NCBI GenBank assembly: GCA_965277805.1
Contig: OZ255842.1
Span: forward strand, 1,760,001 to 1,824,000
DNA: 64,000 nt
Source of the DNA: Candidatus Lustribacter sp.
GTDB taxonomy: Bacteria > Vulcanimicrobiota > Vulcanimicrobiia > Vulcanimicrobiales > Vulcanimicrobiaceae
Direction of reading: 5' to 3'
The notes under the pieces: model-generated
What the model saw: only the letters and a program-made list of their open reading frames with translations
Databases searched by the model: none
What the model was told of the DNA's origin: nothing
Shown: in pieces, positions 28,384 through 38,621 of the stretch
Layout: each line of letters starts with the position of its first letter
Position numbering within the stretch: the first letter of the stretch is position 1
Made by a program: the position numbers and the translations under genes

Positions 28384-28913
28384 CTGAGGAGGTGGGCGGT
28401 GCGCATTAGGGCTACGGCGGTTACGGCGTCGGTGATTTCGCCGGCGGCGGCTGCACGCAGCGCTTCGGTGAAGGGCATGCGGACGGCGACGATCGTTTCG
28501 ACGTCTTCGGGATCGGCCGGAACGGCGTGCACGTCGCGCGCGAGAAAGAGGACGATGCCTTCTTGCACGATGGAGGGAATCTCGTAGGTGATTCCGAGAT
28601 CGTCCCAGCGCGTCGCCTCGAGGCCCAGTTCTTCACGCAACTCGCGGGCCGCGGCAGCTTGCGCCGTTTCATCCGGCTCGGCGCCGCCTTTGACGATCTC
28701 CAACACCATGCGATCGATCGCGTAGCGCGCCTGACGCGTTAGGACGACTTCGTCGCCATCGAGCACGAGCACGCCGCTCGCCCGCGGGGTAACCACCACG
28801 CCGTGCTCGCCGGGACGGCCGTTCGGGTGCACCATGTCGTGCGCCTCGAAACGCAGCCAAGCATTTTCGTACGTCGTGCGCCGGCTGTTGCGCACATAGC
28901 CCGGATCACTCAC
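28380..28913 (-). CDS. NUDIX hydrolase (ADP-ribose pyrophosphatase-like)
   Basis: Nudix box GGAEPDETAQAAAARELREELG. Confidence 0.9.
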   Translation of the reverse strand: MSDPGYVRNSRRTTYENAWLRFEAHDMVHPNGRPGEHGVVVTPRASGVLVLDGDEVVLTRQARYAIDRMVLEIVKGGAEPDETAQAAAARELREELGLEATRWDDLGITYEIPSIVQEGIVLFLARDVHAVPADPEDVETIVAVRMPFTEALRAAAAGEITDAVTAVALMRTAHLLS

Positions 28914-30459
28914 CGATCGGCACGTGCGCGGGTGCGCCGCCCTTCTTCGGCCGCCGAATCAGGAAGATCAGCGGAATGCAGACGAAGCTCAAGAGCGCGA
29001 TGGCGTAGTTCACGTCGGCGTACGAGATGATCGCCGACTGCGCGAAGTCGAGCTGCGCGAGCGCCTGCAGCGGCGAGTGCGTGAGGAACTGCTGAATCTG
29101 GGGGTTGGCCAGCGTGATCGAGCCGCCGATGATCGTCGAGTGGAACGATTCGCGCCCGTGCAAGAGCACGGCCAGCGCCGCGACTGAGATCGATCCGCCC
29201 AGTTGCAGCGCGAGCTGCACGAAGGCACCGGCCTTCGGGCCTTCGGTTTGCGAAACCGCACCGAGCACCGCAATCGAAAGCGGAATCCACAAGAGCGCCG
29301 AGCCGATGCCGTTGAGGAAGAGCGGAAGGATGAAGTCGGTGAAGGTTGCGGTCGGTGCGGTAATGCGTGCCTGCAAATACGTCCCGACCGCGGCCGAAAT
29401 GAAACCCGAACCAAGCATGAAGCGCGGATCGACCTTCCCCGTCAGGCGCACGACGATCGGTGTCGCGAGCGCGATCGGGATCGCGCGCATCATGAACAAC
29501 AGGCCGCTGAGCGTCGGCGTCCACCCGAGCGAGCCTTGAGTAAATTGCGGCAACGTGTAGCTCGCGCCGAAGACCGAGACGCCCAGCGAGAGCGCGAGCA
29601 CGGTCCCTGCCCAGACACTGCGATTGCGCAAGATCCGCAAGTCGACCACGGGGTTCGCGGTCTGCGTGAGTTCCCACCACACGAACGTCAGCAACGAAAC
29701 CACGCAGATGACCGAGATCAACAGGATCGTCGAGTCATTGAACCAGTCGTTCTGCTCGCCTTCGGTGAGCACGTACTGGAGCGCCGCGAGCCCGACCGCT
29801 AAGAGACCGAGTCCGACCGCATCGATCGGCGTGCCGCGATTGGCTTTGCTCGGATCGCGCAAAAGTAAGAGCAGCACGATCACGGAAAAGATTCCCGGTA
29901 GAACGTTGATCTCGAAGCACCAGTTCCACGAGAAGTTATCGACCAGGTAGCCGCCGAGCGGCGGGCCGAGCGTCGGCCCCATGATCGCGCCGAGTGCGAA
30001 TATGCCTTGGCTCGCGGGCAATTGCTCCGGCGGGAACGTATCGCGCATGATCGACTGGCCCATCGTGAGCAAGCCGCCGCCGAAAGCGCCCTGCACCGCG
30101 CGCGCCGCGATCAGCGCGGTCAGCGATTCCGACGTTCCGCACAGCACCGAGGCCAGCGTGAAGCCGACGATCGACACCAGAAAATAGTTGCGGCGGCCGA
30201 AGCGGTTCATCAGCCACGGCGTCAGCGGAATGACCACGATGGCCGCGATCACGTAGGCCGTGATCACCCATGTCGCTTCGTCCTGGCTCGCGCCGAGGTT
30301 GCCCTGGATCGTCGGCAGCGCGACGTTGGTGATCGTCGAGTCGAGGGTTTGCATCAGCGCCGCCGCCATCACGCCTGCGACGATCAGCACCCGGCGCAGG
30401 CCATACTCGGTGACATCGGCTTGCGCCCGCTGCGCGGCCGGGGCGGAATTCGTGTTCAT
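28906..30459 (-). CDS. DHA2 (EmrB/QacA) family MFS transporter
   Basis: LDSTITNVALP, WVITAY, GPTLGPPLGG, about 14 TM segments. Confidence 0.93.
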   Translation of the reverse strand: MNTNSAPAAQRAQADVTEYGLRRVLIVAGVMAAALMQTLDSTITNVALPTIQGNLGASQDEATWVITAYVIAAIVVIPLTPWLMNRFGRRNYFLVSIVGFTLASVLCGTSESLTALIAARAVQGAFGGGLLTMGQSIMRDTFPPEQLPASQGIFALGAIMGPTLGPPLGGYLVDNFSWNWCFEINVLPGIFSVIVLLLLLRDPSKANRGTPIDAVGLGLLAVGLAALQYVLTEGEQNDWFNDSTILLISVICVVSLLTFVWWELTQTANPVVDLRILRNRSVWAGTVLALSLGVSVFGASYTLPQFTQGSLGWTPTLSGLLFMMRAIPIALATPIVVRLTGKVDPRFMLGSGFISAAVGTYLQARITAPTATFTDFILPLFLNGIGSALLWIPLSIAVLGAVSQTEGPKAGAFVQLALQLGGSISVAALAVLLHGRESFHSTIIGGSITLANPQIQQFLTHSPLQALAQLDFAQSAIISYADVNYAIALLSFVCIPLIFLIRRPKKGGAPAHVPIGE

Positions 30460-30549
30460 GCTCGCTCGGTGCGGTCGCGCCGCAGCGGCGCGCCGAATCA
30501 GACAACGCTCTGCCCCTTACAGAGGTTGCGTCCGGGCGCGGTAAGCGAG

Positions 30550-32634
30550 CTAGCCGCTCACCACCAGCGCATCGAGCGCGGTCACGCCTTCTCCTTCGGC
30601 GTGCACCATCAACGGGTTCACGTCGATCTCGACGATGTCGGGGACGGTGACCATCAGCCGGGCGATCGCCGTCACCGTTCGGGCCACCGCTGCGACGTCG
30701 GCCGCCGGCGCACCGCGGAAACCGTCGAGTAGTTTGGCCGAACGCAAGCGGCGCAGCGCCGCGACGATCTCGGCTTCGCTCGCGTCGCCGGGCAATAACT
30801 GCACGTCGCCGATCGCCTCAACCCAGATGCCGCCGAGCCCGAGCAGCAGCACGGTTCCCCATGCCGGATCGCGCTTGGCACCCACCATCAACTCGAGGCC
30901 GCGCGGCGACATCCGTTCGATCAGACCGCCGTCGAGCACGACGTCCGGAGCGGCGCGCGCAACATTGCGCATCATCGCATCCCACCCAGCGCGCAACGCT
31001 GCTTCATCGGCAAGGTTCAACATCACGCCGCCGGCTTCGGTCTTGTGCGCAAGGTTTGCCGCTTGCGCTTTGAGCGCAATCGGAAAGCCCACACGGCTCG
31101 CAATAGCCACCGCTTCATCCGCCGTGCGCGCTACGTCGCCGGCGGGTACGCGAATACCGGCTGCGGCGAGAATTCGTTTGCCAAACCACTCGGCTTGCGG
31201 GCCACTGCCGATCGGCGGAAGATTGGTCAACGGCGCATGCGTGACGCGATTGCGGGCCGCTGCGAGCGCGCGGCCGTAGCGCGTGTAGTTCGCAACGGTG
31301 CGCAACGAACGATCCGTCGAGCGCGAGAATACCGCCCGCGTCACCGCCACCGCCTCCGCAATGTGCGGAGCGAGCGGCGATCCGTCACCGAGCAACACGA
31401 GGATGACCGGCTTCTCCGAGCCCATCATTCCTTCGTTCATCTTGTGCACGGGCAAGCCCGACGCGGCCGAGATGAGCAGCATCCCCACGTTCGGATCGTC
31501 GAGCAGCGCGCGCGTCACCGCCGGCATATTTTCGGGCGGGCACGCGGTGGTCACGTCGAGCGGGTTGCGATAGGTATTGAATGCCGGCAGCAGTTCGGTC
31601 AGGCGCGTCACGGTGCTCGGCTCGAGCGCCGGAATGTCGAAATCGAGGTTATCGGCGACGTCGTTGACGATCGCGCAGATCGCACCGGAAGCGGTGAGAA
31701 TGCCCGGCCCTTTTTCGGGCGGCACCGGAAAGCGCGTGAGCACTTCGCTCGCGTCCATTAGTTCATCGATCGTGTCGACGATCAGGACGCCGGCGCGTTC
31801 GACGTGCGTGCGCATCGTCGCGTAATCACCCGTCAGCGAACCGGTGTGGGATTGCGCGGCCGCGCGTGCTTTGCTGCTGCGGCCGGGATGCAGCATCACG
31901 ATCGGCTTGCCGGCGGCGCGCGCACGGGCACATGCCGCTAAGAACGCCGCCGGTCGCAGAATCTGCTCCGCGTAGACCGCGATGCAGTTCGTCGCGCGAT
32001 CTTGGGCCAGGAACTCGATGAAATCGGTCGTGTCGAGGCCCGCTTCGTTACCGATCGAGACGACGTACGACACCGGCAGATCGCGCGCGCCGGCCGCGCG
32101 CTGGAAGTGTCCGAGCAGACCGCCGCTCTGGCCGATGAACGCTACCCCAGGTTTCGAATCCGCGGTGAAGTGCCCGACCGGGCGCGCGAAGAGCAAATGC
32201 ACTTCGAAGCCATCTACGTTGTTCGTGAAACCCAAACAGTTCGGCCCGACGACGGCGAGCCCGCCGTCGCGCGCCATCTGCGCGATCGCATCTTGTTCAT
32301 CGCGGCCGCCGAGCTCCGCAAATCCCGATGCGAACACGATCGCGGAGTTGACCTTGCGCCGCACGCACGCCGCGATGGCATCGCGCACGGCGGCGGCCGG
32401 CAACACGAACACCGCGAGGTCGACGCCCTCGGGCAACTCGTCGGCGCTCTGCAACACCGGCCGGCCGTCGATCGGCTCCGTGCTGCGCCCGATGAGGTAA
32501 ATCGGGCCCGCGAACTCGTTCAGCTTCAGCGACTCAAGAATCACTTGCCCCGGGCTGCCCTGGCGCGCCGACATCCCGACGATGGCGACGGACTTCGGAT
32601 GCAGGAAGCGCGCTATCGATTCAACGGTGTTCAA
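30550..32634 (-). CDS. ADP-forming acyl-CoA synthetase (acetate--CoA ligase family)
   Basis: CoA-binding N-terminus, GPNCLG, QSGG, phospho-His SHTGSL, ATP-grasp HKTEAGGV, EIDVNP. Confidence 0.93.
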   Translation of the reverse strand: MNTVESIARFLHPKSVAIVGMSARQGSPGQVILESLKLNEFAGPIYLIGRSTEPIDGRPVLQSADELPEGVDLAVFVLPAAAVRDAIAACVRRKVNSAIVFASGFAELGGRDEQDAIAQMARDGGLAVVGPNCLGFTNNVDGFEVHLLFARPVGHFTADSKPGVAFIGQSGGLLGHFQRAAGARDLPVSYVVSIGNEAGLDTTDFIEFLAQDRATNCIAVYAEQILRPAAFLAACARARAAGKPIVMLHPGRSSKARAAAQSHTGSLTGDYATMRTHVERAGVLIVDTIDELMDASEVLTRFPVPPEKGPGILTASGAICAIVNDVADNLDFDIPALEPSTVTRLTELLPAFNTYRNPLDVTTACPPENMPAVTRALLDDPNVGMLLISAASGLPVHKMNEGMMGSEKPVILVLLGDGSPLAPHIAEAVAVTRAVFSRSTDRSLRTVANYTRYGRALAAARNRVTHAPLTNLPPIGSGPQAEWFGKRILAAAGIRVPAGDVARTADEAVAIASRVGFPIALKAQAANLAHKTEAGGVMLNLADEAALRAGWDAMMRNVARAAPDVVLDGGLIERMSPRGLELMVGAKRDPAWGTVLLLGLGGIWVEAIGDVQLLPGDASEAEIVAALRRLRSAKLLDGFRGAPAADVAAVARTVTAIARLMVTVPDIVEIDVNPLMVHAEGEGVTALDALVVSG

Positions 32635-33419
32635 TCCGGCATGCTCACGCGCGGCGCAGACTTATCGAGAAACTGGCTGATGCGCTCGACCGACTCCGGA
32701 CTGCGCGTATATTCGGCCACCATGCGCTCGAAGTAGATGCCGTCGTCGTAGGAGAGATCCTGGAGCCGCGGCAAGCTGTTGGTCACGGCGAAATTCGTCA
32801 GCGGCGCATTCTTGCAAATGGCGGCTGCGAGCTCGCGCGCTTTCGTCAACGACTCTCCCTTCGGCACCACGTACTGCACGGCGCCGTAGCGTTCGGCTTC
32901 GTCGGGTTTGAGCACGCGGCCGGTGAGCATCATGTCCTGCATGCGCGCGAAGCCGATCAGCCGCGCGATGCGCACCGAGCCGCCGCCGCCGACGAAGATG
33001 CCGCGCGCGCCTTCGGGCAGCGCGAAGAACGTCGTCTCATCGGCAACGCGGATGTGCGCGGCCGCGGCCATTTCGAAGCCGCCGCCGAGCGTCGCGCCAT
33101 GCAGCGCGGCGATGACCGGGACACGGCCGCGCGCGATCGCTTCCATTTCCGATTCGCGGTTGTAACGGAACGGCAGCCGCTGCATGCCGCCGGCTTTGTT
33201 CCACGTTTCCGATGCGCGCCTCAGATCGAGGCCGGCGCAGAAGTTTCCACCGTGGCCAAACAGGATCGCGCACTTGGCCTCATCGCCGGCGCGCAAGACC
33301 GCCGCCAGCAGTTGCTCGCGCAACTCGGGGCTCATCGCGTTCCGCTTATCGGGACGGTTGAGGCCGATCAGGGCGACATCGCCGTCGCGTTCGTAGGTGA
33401 CCACGTTCTCATCGCTCAT
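32631..33419 (-). CDS. Crotonase/enoyl-CoA hydratase family protein
   Basis: LNRPDKRNA, FCAGLDL, GGGFEMAAAAHIRVA, LPEGARGIFVGGGG; ATG 33419. Confidence 0.92.
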   Translation of the reverse strand: MSDENVVTYERDGDVALIGLNRPDKRNAMSPELREQLLAAVLRAGDEAKCAILFGHGGNFCAGLDLRRASETWNKAGGMQRLPFRYNRESEMEAIARGRVPVIAALHGATLGGGFEMAAAAHIRVADETTFFALPEGARGIFVGGGGSVRIARLIGFARMQDMMLTGRVLKPDEAERYGAVQYVVPKGESLTKARELAAAICKNAPLTNFAVTNSLPRLQDLSYDDGIYFERMVAEYTRSPESVERISQFLDKSAPRVSMPD

Positions 33420-33470
33420 CGAGCGCCACTTCAGCGGGGCAACGCACGGCCCCGCTGAATCCGAGCGCCA

Positions 33471-34964
33471 ATGGTCAACGGATTCCTCGCTCGGCTCGTG
33501 CGCCGTACCTCGGTCGAGTCGTTGCAAGCCGACGAGCACCGCACCGGACTGCGACGCGTCCTCGGCGGCCGCGACCTGATCGCGATCGGCCTCGGCACGA
33601 TGATCGGCGGCGGGATCTTCACCACGATCGGGCCGGGTGTGGCGAAAGCGGGCCCCGCGATCATCATCGCGTTTCTGCTGGCGGGTCTCGCCTCGCTCTT
33701 CGCCGCGTTGTGCTATGCCGAACTCGGCTCGATGGTGCCGATCGCGGGCAGCGCCTACACCTACGCCTACGCGACGCTCGGGCAGCTGGTCGCATGGATC
33801 ATCGGCTGGGATTTGATCCTCGAGTACGCCGTCAGCGCCGCCCCGGTCGCCTCGGCGTTCTCATCCGCCGTTCAAGGTGCGGCGAGCGCGCTCTGGCACG
33901 TGACGTTACCGGCCTGGGCGCAGACGGCCCATTGGGAACATGCCGGACCGTGGTGGGCGTTCTGGAGCTTCGATCCCGCGAAAACGACGGTCGACGTGAT
34001 CGGCGCACTCTTCGTGCTGGCGCTCTCGGCATTGCTCGTCGTCGGCATCAAGGAAACGGCGACCAGCAACAACACGTTCGTGGTCATCAAGATCGCCGCG
34101 CTTGTCGTGTTCGTGATCGCGGGACTCTCGCTGTTCCATCCCTCGAACTTAGCCCCGTTTGCACCCTACGGCTGGGGCACGATCGCCTTCGGCGCGAGCG
34201 GCAACGGCATCGTGCCCGCCGCGGCGCTCGTTTTCTTCACCTACATCGGATTCGACACCGCAACGACCACCGCCGAGGAAACGCGGAATCCGAAGGTCGA
34301 CGTGCCGGTCGGCGTGCTGGGCTCGCTCGCGATCGGCACGGTCATCTACTGCACGGTCGCGCTCGTGCTGGTGGGCGTCGTGCCGTGGCAGCACGTGGAT
34401 CAAAGCGCGGCGCTGCTGGCCGCGCTCGCGCCCCTGCACAGCCCGATTCTCGATGCGATCATCACGATCGGCGTCATCGCCGGCACGACCTCGGTGGCGC
34501 TGACATCACTGCTCGGCCAAAGCCGCATCTTCTACGTGATGGCGCGCGACCGCATGCTGCCGCCGGCCGTCGCAGCGGTGCACCCGCGCTTCAAGACGCC
34601 CGCGCGCATGACGATCATCACCGGCGTCATCGTCGCGCTCTTGGCGTTCTGTGTGCCGCTCGACGCGCTGCTCGAACTCGTCAACATCGGCACCTTCAGC
34701 GCGTTTATCATCGTCTGCGCCGGCGTGATCTGGCTGCGCTACAAGCGCCCCGATTTGCCGCGGCCGTTCCGCTCGCCGCTCGTGCCGCTCTTCCCGCTGT
34801 GCGGGATCGGGCTCTCGATCTTTCTCTCGAGCGTCGGCCTCGGTCCGTTCACCTGGCTGCGCTTCATCGTCTGGCTACTCGTCGGCCTCGTGATCTACTT
34901 CTGCTATGGTTTCCGCCAACCGGTTCCGGGCGAGAGTGGCGGTCCCTCGACAAGCTCGGGATGA
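33471..34964 (+). CDS. APC family amino acid permease
   Basis: IGLGTMIGGGIF, CYAELGSMVPIAGSAYTY, FFTYIGFD, EETRNP. Confidence 0.95.
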   Translation: MVNGFLARLVRRTSVESLQADEHRTGLRRVLGGRDLIAIGLGTMIGGGIFTTIGPGVAKAGPAIIIAFLLAGLASLFAALCYAELGSMVPIAGSAYTYAYATLGQLVAWIIGWDLILEYAVSAAPVASAFSSAVQGAASALWHVTLPAWAQTAHWEHAGPWWAFWSFDPAKTTVDVIGALFVLALSALLVVGIKETATSNNTFVVIKIAALVVFVIAGLSLFHPSNLAPFAPYGWGTIAFGASGNGIVPAAALVFFTYIGFDTATTTAEETRNPKVDVPVGVLGSLAIGTVIYCTVALVLVGVVPWQHVDQSAALLAALAPLHSPILDAIITIGVIAGTTSVALTSLLGQSRIFYVMARDRMLPPAVAAVHPRFKTPARMTIITGVIVALLAFCVPLDALLELVNIGTFSAFIIVCAGVIWLRYKRPDLPRPFRSPLVPLFPLCGIGLSIFLSSVGLGPFTWLRFIVWLLVGLVIYFCYGFRQPVPGESGGPSTSSG

Positions 34965-34965
34965 C
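34936..34965. repeat. Half-copy of the REP-like element, overlapping the permease 3' end
   Basis: GTGGCGGTCCCTCGACAAGCTCGGGATGAC is the reverse complement of the 8890 arm (GTCATCCCGAGC...GTCGAGGGgCCGCCAC) without the internal hairpin. Confidence 0.7.
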
Positions 34966-35037
34966 ATTTGTAGCGACCACGATGCGCGCAATTCATAAAC
35001 GAAACCCTAGACGATGGCGCACCGGTTCCCGTGAAAG

Positions 35038-35760
35038 ATGATTCGCCTGCTCGACGTTGCCGCTACGCCCGCTTCCGTCTCCTCGCGGCCGCCGGCAGCA
35101 ACCGTCGTCGTCATCGACGTGCTGCGCGCAACGTCGACGATCGTCACGGCGCTTGAAAACGGCGCAGCCGGGGTCGTGCCCGTGCGCGAATCGGACGAGG
35201 CGATCGGCGTGATGCGCCGGCTCGGACGCGAACGCGCGCTGCTGTGCGGCGAACGCGAATCGCGCCTGATCGCCGGCTTCGATCTCGACAATTCGCCCGC
35301 ATCGTATACGCGCGAGCGGATCGCCGACAAGACGCTCGTGCTCACGACCACGAACGGCACGCGGGCGCTGCTCGAAGCGGCGCGCGGCAATCCCATCGTC
35401 TACTGCGCAGCATTGCTCAATCGCGAAGCAATCGTCGAGCAGCTCCTCGCAGCGGAAGGCGATGCGCTGCTGCTGTGCGCCGGCAATGAAGGCAACCTGA
35501 GCTTCGAGGACACGCTGTGCGCGGGCGCGATCGTCGATGCGCTGGTGCGGCGCAGCAAAGCCTTGCCGATCAGCGATGCGGCGCGCGCGGCGGCCACGGT
35601 GTTCGGCGCGAACGCGAAGCGCCTCACGACCGCAATCGCCAGCGGCACCCATGCGGTCGCGCTGGTGAACAAAGGCTTCGCCGCCGATGTTGCCGCGTGC
35701 GCGAAACTCGACGTGAGCCGCTGCCTGCCGCTCTACGCCGAAGGGGTGATCAGCGCGTAG
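35038..35760 (+). CDS. comB: 2-phosphosulfolactate phosphatase family (ComB)
   Basis: VVIDVLRATSTI, CGER, GFDLDNSP, TTTNGT, EDTLCAG. Confidence 0.9.
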   Translation: MIRLLDVAATPASVSSRPPAATVVVIDVLRATSTIVTALENGAAGVVPVRESDEAIGVMRRLGRERALLCGERESRLIAGFDLDNSPASYTRERIADKTLVLTTTNGTRALLEAARGNPIVYCAALLNREAIVEQLLAAEGDALLLCAGNEGNLSFEDTLCAGAIVDALVRRSKALPISDAARAAATVFGANAKRLTTAIASGTHAVALVNKGFAADVAACAKLDVSRCLPLYAEGVISA

Positions 35761-35763
35761 GCG

Positions 35764-36258
35764 CTACTGGCCGTCGTCGGGAACGCCGGCGACCACCGCG
35801 CCGGGCGTGCGGACGTCGATGCGGCCGCGCACGGCGTCATACTTGACGGCCGATGCGAGCGCGAGGGCGACGTCGGAGCCGCGCACCATCGCGCGGCCGC
35901 GCACCGTGAACGGCGCGTTCTTCAGCGTGACGGCACGGCCGTTGAACGAGGCATGCCGATCGCCGATCTTGAGCGTCAGCACGTCGGTGCCGCGACGAAC
36001 CGTCAGCTGGTTGGTGTGCGGATCGAACGTCGTTTCGGCGCCGGCGGCTTCGCTGACGGCGCGCAGCGGCAGGTACGCGACCCCGCCGGTGGTGACCGGC
36101 GAAACATCGGAAACGACGCGCTGACCGTCGACGTCGAGGATGGCCGGCTGCGAGAGTGCGAGCGCCAGTGAGGCGGTCAACGCGATTCCCGCGGTGCCGG
36201 CCAGTAGACGCCAACTCGGGAGTTCGGCCCCGAAACCGCTACGCAGGTGCAATCTCAC
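35764..36258 (-). CDS. Copper amine oxidase N-terminal (stalk) domain protein
   Basis: TM anchor; VDG..SDVSP..GGVAYLPLRAVSEAAGA; APFTVRGRAMV. Confidence 0.8.
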   Translation of the reverse strand: MRLHLRSGFGAELPSWRLLAGTAGIALTASLALALSQPAILDVDGQRVVSDVSPVTTGGVAYLPLRAVSEAAGAETTFDPHTNQLTVRRGTDVLTLKIGDRHASFNGRAVTLKNAPFTVRGRAMVRGSDVALALASAVKYDAVRGRIDVRTPGAVVAGVPDDGQ

Positions 36259-37390
36259 GATTTGTCTCGTGGATGTAATCCGGATACTGCTCGGTGATGA
36301 CCTTCTCTATTTCGAGGCGCAATTGACCAAGCAGTTGGCCCTCTGGATAAGTACCGACCAGCTCACCCTTGCGGTAGATTGCTCCCTTGCCTTTACCGCC
36401 CGCGATGCCGACGTCGGCCATCTTCGACTCCCCGGGCCCGTTCACGACGCAGCCCATCACGGCGACCTTGACCGGAGCGGTGTACTCCTTGGCGATCGCT
36501 TCTACTGAACGCGCCAGCTCGACCACTTGGATTTCCGCACGGCCGCACGACGGGCACGCCGTGATATCGAAGCCCTTCTCGCGCAGGCCGAGGGCCTTGA
36601 GGATGCCCCAGGCGACCGGGATCTCCTCGATCGGGTCGGCGGCCAGCGAAACGCGCAGCGTGTCGCCGATGCCTTCCCACAACAGGACGCCGAGGCCGAT
36701 GGCGGATTTGATCGTTCCCTCGCGCGGCAGGCCCGCCTCGGTGACGCCCAGATGCAGGGCGTAGGGGGTCTTGCGCTCGCGCAGGCGCTGGTCCATAAGC
36801 CGGTAAGCGTAGATGGTCATCGGTGCGTCGTGGGCCTTGAGCGAGATCACGATGTCCGTATGCCCAAGGTCTTCGAGGATGTCGACGTGCCGCAGGGCCG
36901 ATTCGACCATCGCTTCGGGCGTGTGGCCGAGCTTCAGCTCGAGGTCGTGAGCAAGCGAGCCCATGTTGACGCCGATACGGATCGGGGTCTCGCGTTCGAT
37001 CGCGAGCCGCACGACCTCACGGGTCTTCACGGGGTCGGTGATGTTTCCCGGGTTCAGGCGCAGCTTGGCGACGCCGGCTTCGAGGGCCGCCAACGCCATC
37101 TTATGGTCGAAGTGGATGTCGGCCACGATCGGCACCGGCGAACGCTTGACGATGTGCGGCAGGCCGGCGGCATCGCGCGGGTCCTGACAGGTCACCCGGA
37201 CGATCTCGCAGCCTTCCATCGCCAGGCCGTAGACTTGCTCGAGGGTCTTCTCGTAGTCGGCTGTGTCGGTAGTCGTCATCGACTGCACGGCAATGGGGTG
37301 ATCGCCGCCGATCCAGACGCCCTTGGCGTCGGATTCACCGGTTTTGTTCTTCAAATAGACGGGCTTGGATTGGCGGCGCAGACGAATCAT
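36239..37390 (-). CDS. ispG: HMBPP synthase IspG
   Basis: AVQSMT, VADIHFD, RLNPGN, LHLGVTEAG, CPSCGR, VMGCVVNGPGE. Confidence 0.97.
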   Translation of the reverse strand: MIRLRRQSKPVYLKNKTGESDAKGVWIGGDHPIAVQSMTTTDTADYEKTLEQVYGLAMEGCEIVRVTCQDPRDAAGLPHIVKRSPVPIVADIHFDHKMALAALEAGVAKLRLNPGNITDPVKTREVVRLAIERETPIRIGVNMGSLAHDLELKLGHTPEAMVESALRHVDILEDLGHTDIVISLKAHDAPMTIYAYRLMDQRLRERKTPYALHLGVTEAGLPREGTIKSAIGLGVLLWEGIGDTLRVSLAADPIEEIPVAWGILKALGLREKGFDITACPSCGRAEIQVVELARSVEAIAKEYTAPVKVAVMGCVVNGPGESKMADVGIAGGKGKGAIYRKGELVGTYPEGQLLGQLRLEIEKVITEQYPDYIHETNREIAPA

Positions 37391-37407
37391 GGTGGTTGTT
37401 CTTCGCC

Positions 37408-38514
37408 CTAAAACGCGGCCTGGCCCGCGAGGATCCGTGCGATGTCGTGATACGCCACGGCCAGCATCACGACGATGAGCGCGGCGAAACCGCCGAAGTG
37501 AACGAGCGCTTCCTTTTCGGGATCGACCGGCTTACCGCGCAGCATCTCCACCAGGATGAAGATGCCGCGGCCGCCGTCGAGCGCGGGAATCGGCAGCAGG
37601 TTGAAAATGCCGAGCGAGATCGACAGCATCGCGGCCAGCGAGAGATAGGCGCCCCAGCCGAGGTCGACCGCCTGCGCGGACACCTGCGCGATGCCGATCG
37701 GCCCCGAGAGCTGCCCCGCCGTGCCGGCGAAATTGGTGACCAGTTGGCCGAGCACGTTGAGCGTGCCCATGAACGTGCCCGAGAACTGCCACCACGCTGC
37801 CTGCGCCGCCTCGACGATCGATGCCGGACGCATCGCGGGCATCGGGCTGAACCCGAGCCGGCCCTGCGGCTTGCCGTGGGCGTCCGGCACGACCTTGGTG
37901 ACGATGTTGACGTCGGTCGGCTTGCCGTCGCGCACGTAGGTGACGCGCAGCGTCTTCCCGGGGGCGGCATAGATCGTGTGAACGAGTTGATCACCGTCGC
38001 GCATTGCCACGCCGTTGATCTGCGTGATCACGTCGCCGGGGTGCAAGCCGGCCTTTTGCGCCGGATAGCCGGGCAGCAGCTGATAGACCTTGGTGGTCGG
38101 GGCCCGGTCGGCCACGCCGAAGACGGCCGCGCTCAGAAAGAAGAGCACCAGCGCCACGATGAAGTTCGCGACCGGTCCGGCGACCACGATCGCGAGCCGC
38201 TGCCATGGCGTCTTGGCCTGGAAGTTGTCCTCGTCGTGCTTGCCGTCGTTGCGGAACGCGCGCTGCTGTTCGGCCTCGGTCGTCTTGCCGTCCTCGCCCT
38301 TCATGGCGCAGTAGCCGCCGATCGGAAAGAGGTTGAGGCGGTAGTTGGTTCCGCTTCGTTTGGAGGTCCACTTGAGTAGCGTGGGGCCCATGCCGAGAGC
38401 AAAGTCGTCGACCCGTACCCCGTTCCGGCGAGCAAGCAAGAAGTGGCCGTACTCGTGCAAGACGACGAGCACCGAGAGCATCACCAGGAACAAAAGCAGC
38501 TTTTCGGGTGACAT
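37408..38514 (-). CDS. rseP: Site-2 protease RseP (M50) with PDZ domain
   Basis: HEYGH, AGPVAN, PDZ, NLLPIPALDGG; start could be 38532. Confidence 0.95.
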   Translation of the reverse strand: MSPEKLLLFLVMLSVLVVLHEYGHFLLARRNGVRVDDFALGMGPTLLKWTSKRSGTNYRLNLFPIGGYCAMKGEDGKTTEAEQQRAFRNDGKHDEDNFQAKTPWQRLAIVVAGPVANFIVALVLFFLSAAVFGVADRAPTTKVYQLLPGYPAQKAGLHPGDVITQINGVAMRDGDQLVHTIYAAPGKTLRVTYVRDGKPTDVNIVTKVVPDAHGKPQGRLGFSPMPAMRPASIVEAAQAAWWQFSGTFMGTLNVLGQLVTNFAGTAGQLSGPIGIAQVSAQAVDLGWGAYLSLAAMLSISLGIFNLLPIPALDGGRGIFILVEMLRGKPVDPEKEALVHFGGFAALIVVMLAVAYHDIARILAGQAAF

Positions 38515-38621
38515 AGGCCCTTCCACCGACACGGACTTCCGGCACGCAGTTGCGCCGGCATTCTCTTCTATAACGACGGCAAACGGGCATGCGTCGCTAA
38601 AGCGGGGGCGTCGCTTGGTCG

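Noticed and set aside
35038-35760. Coenzyme M biosynthesis
   Set aside because: Lone comB-family phosphatases are widespread; no comA, comC or comDE here
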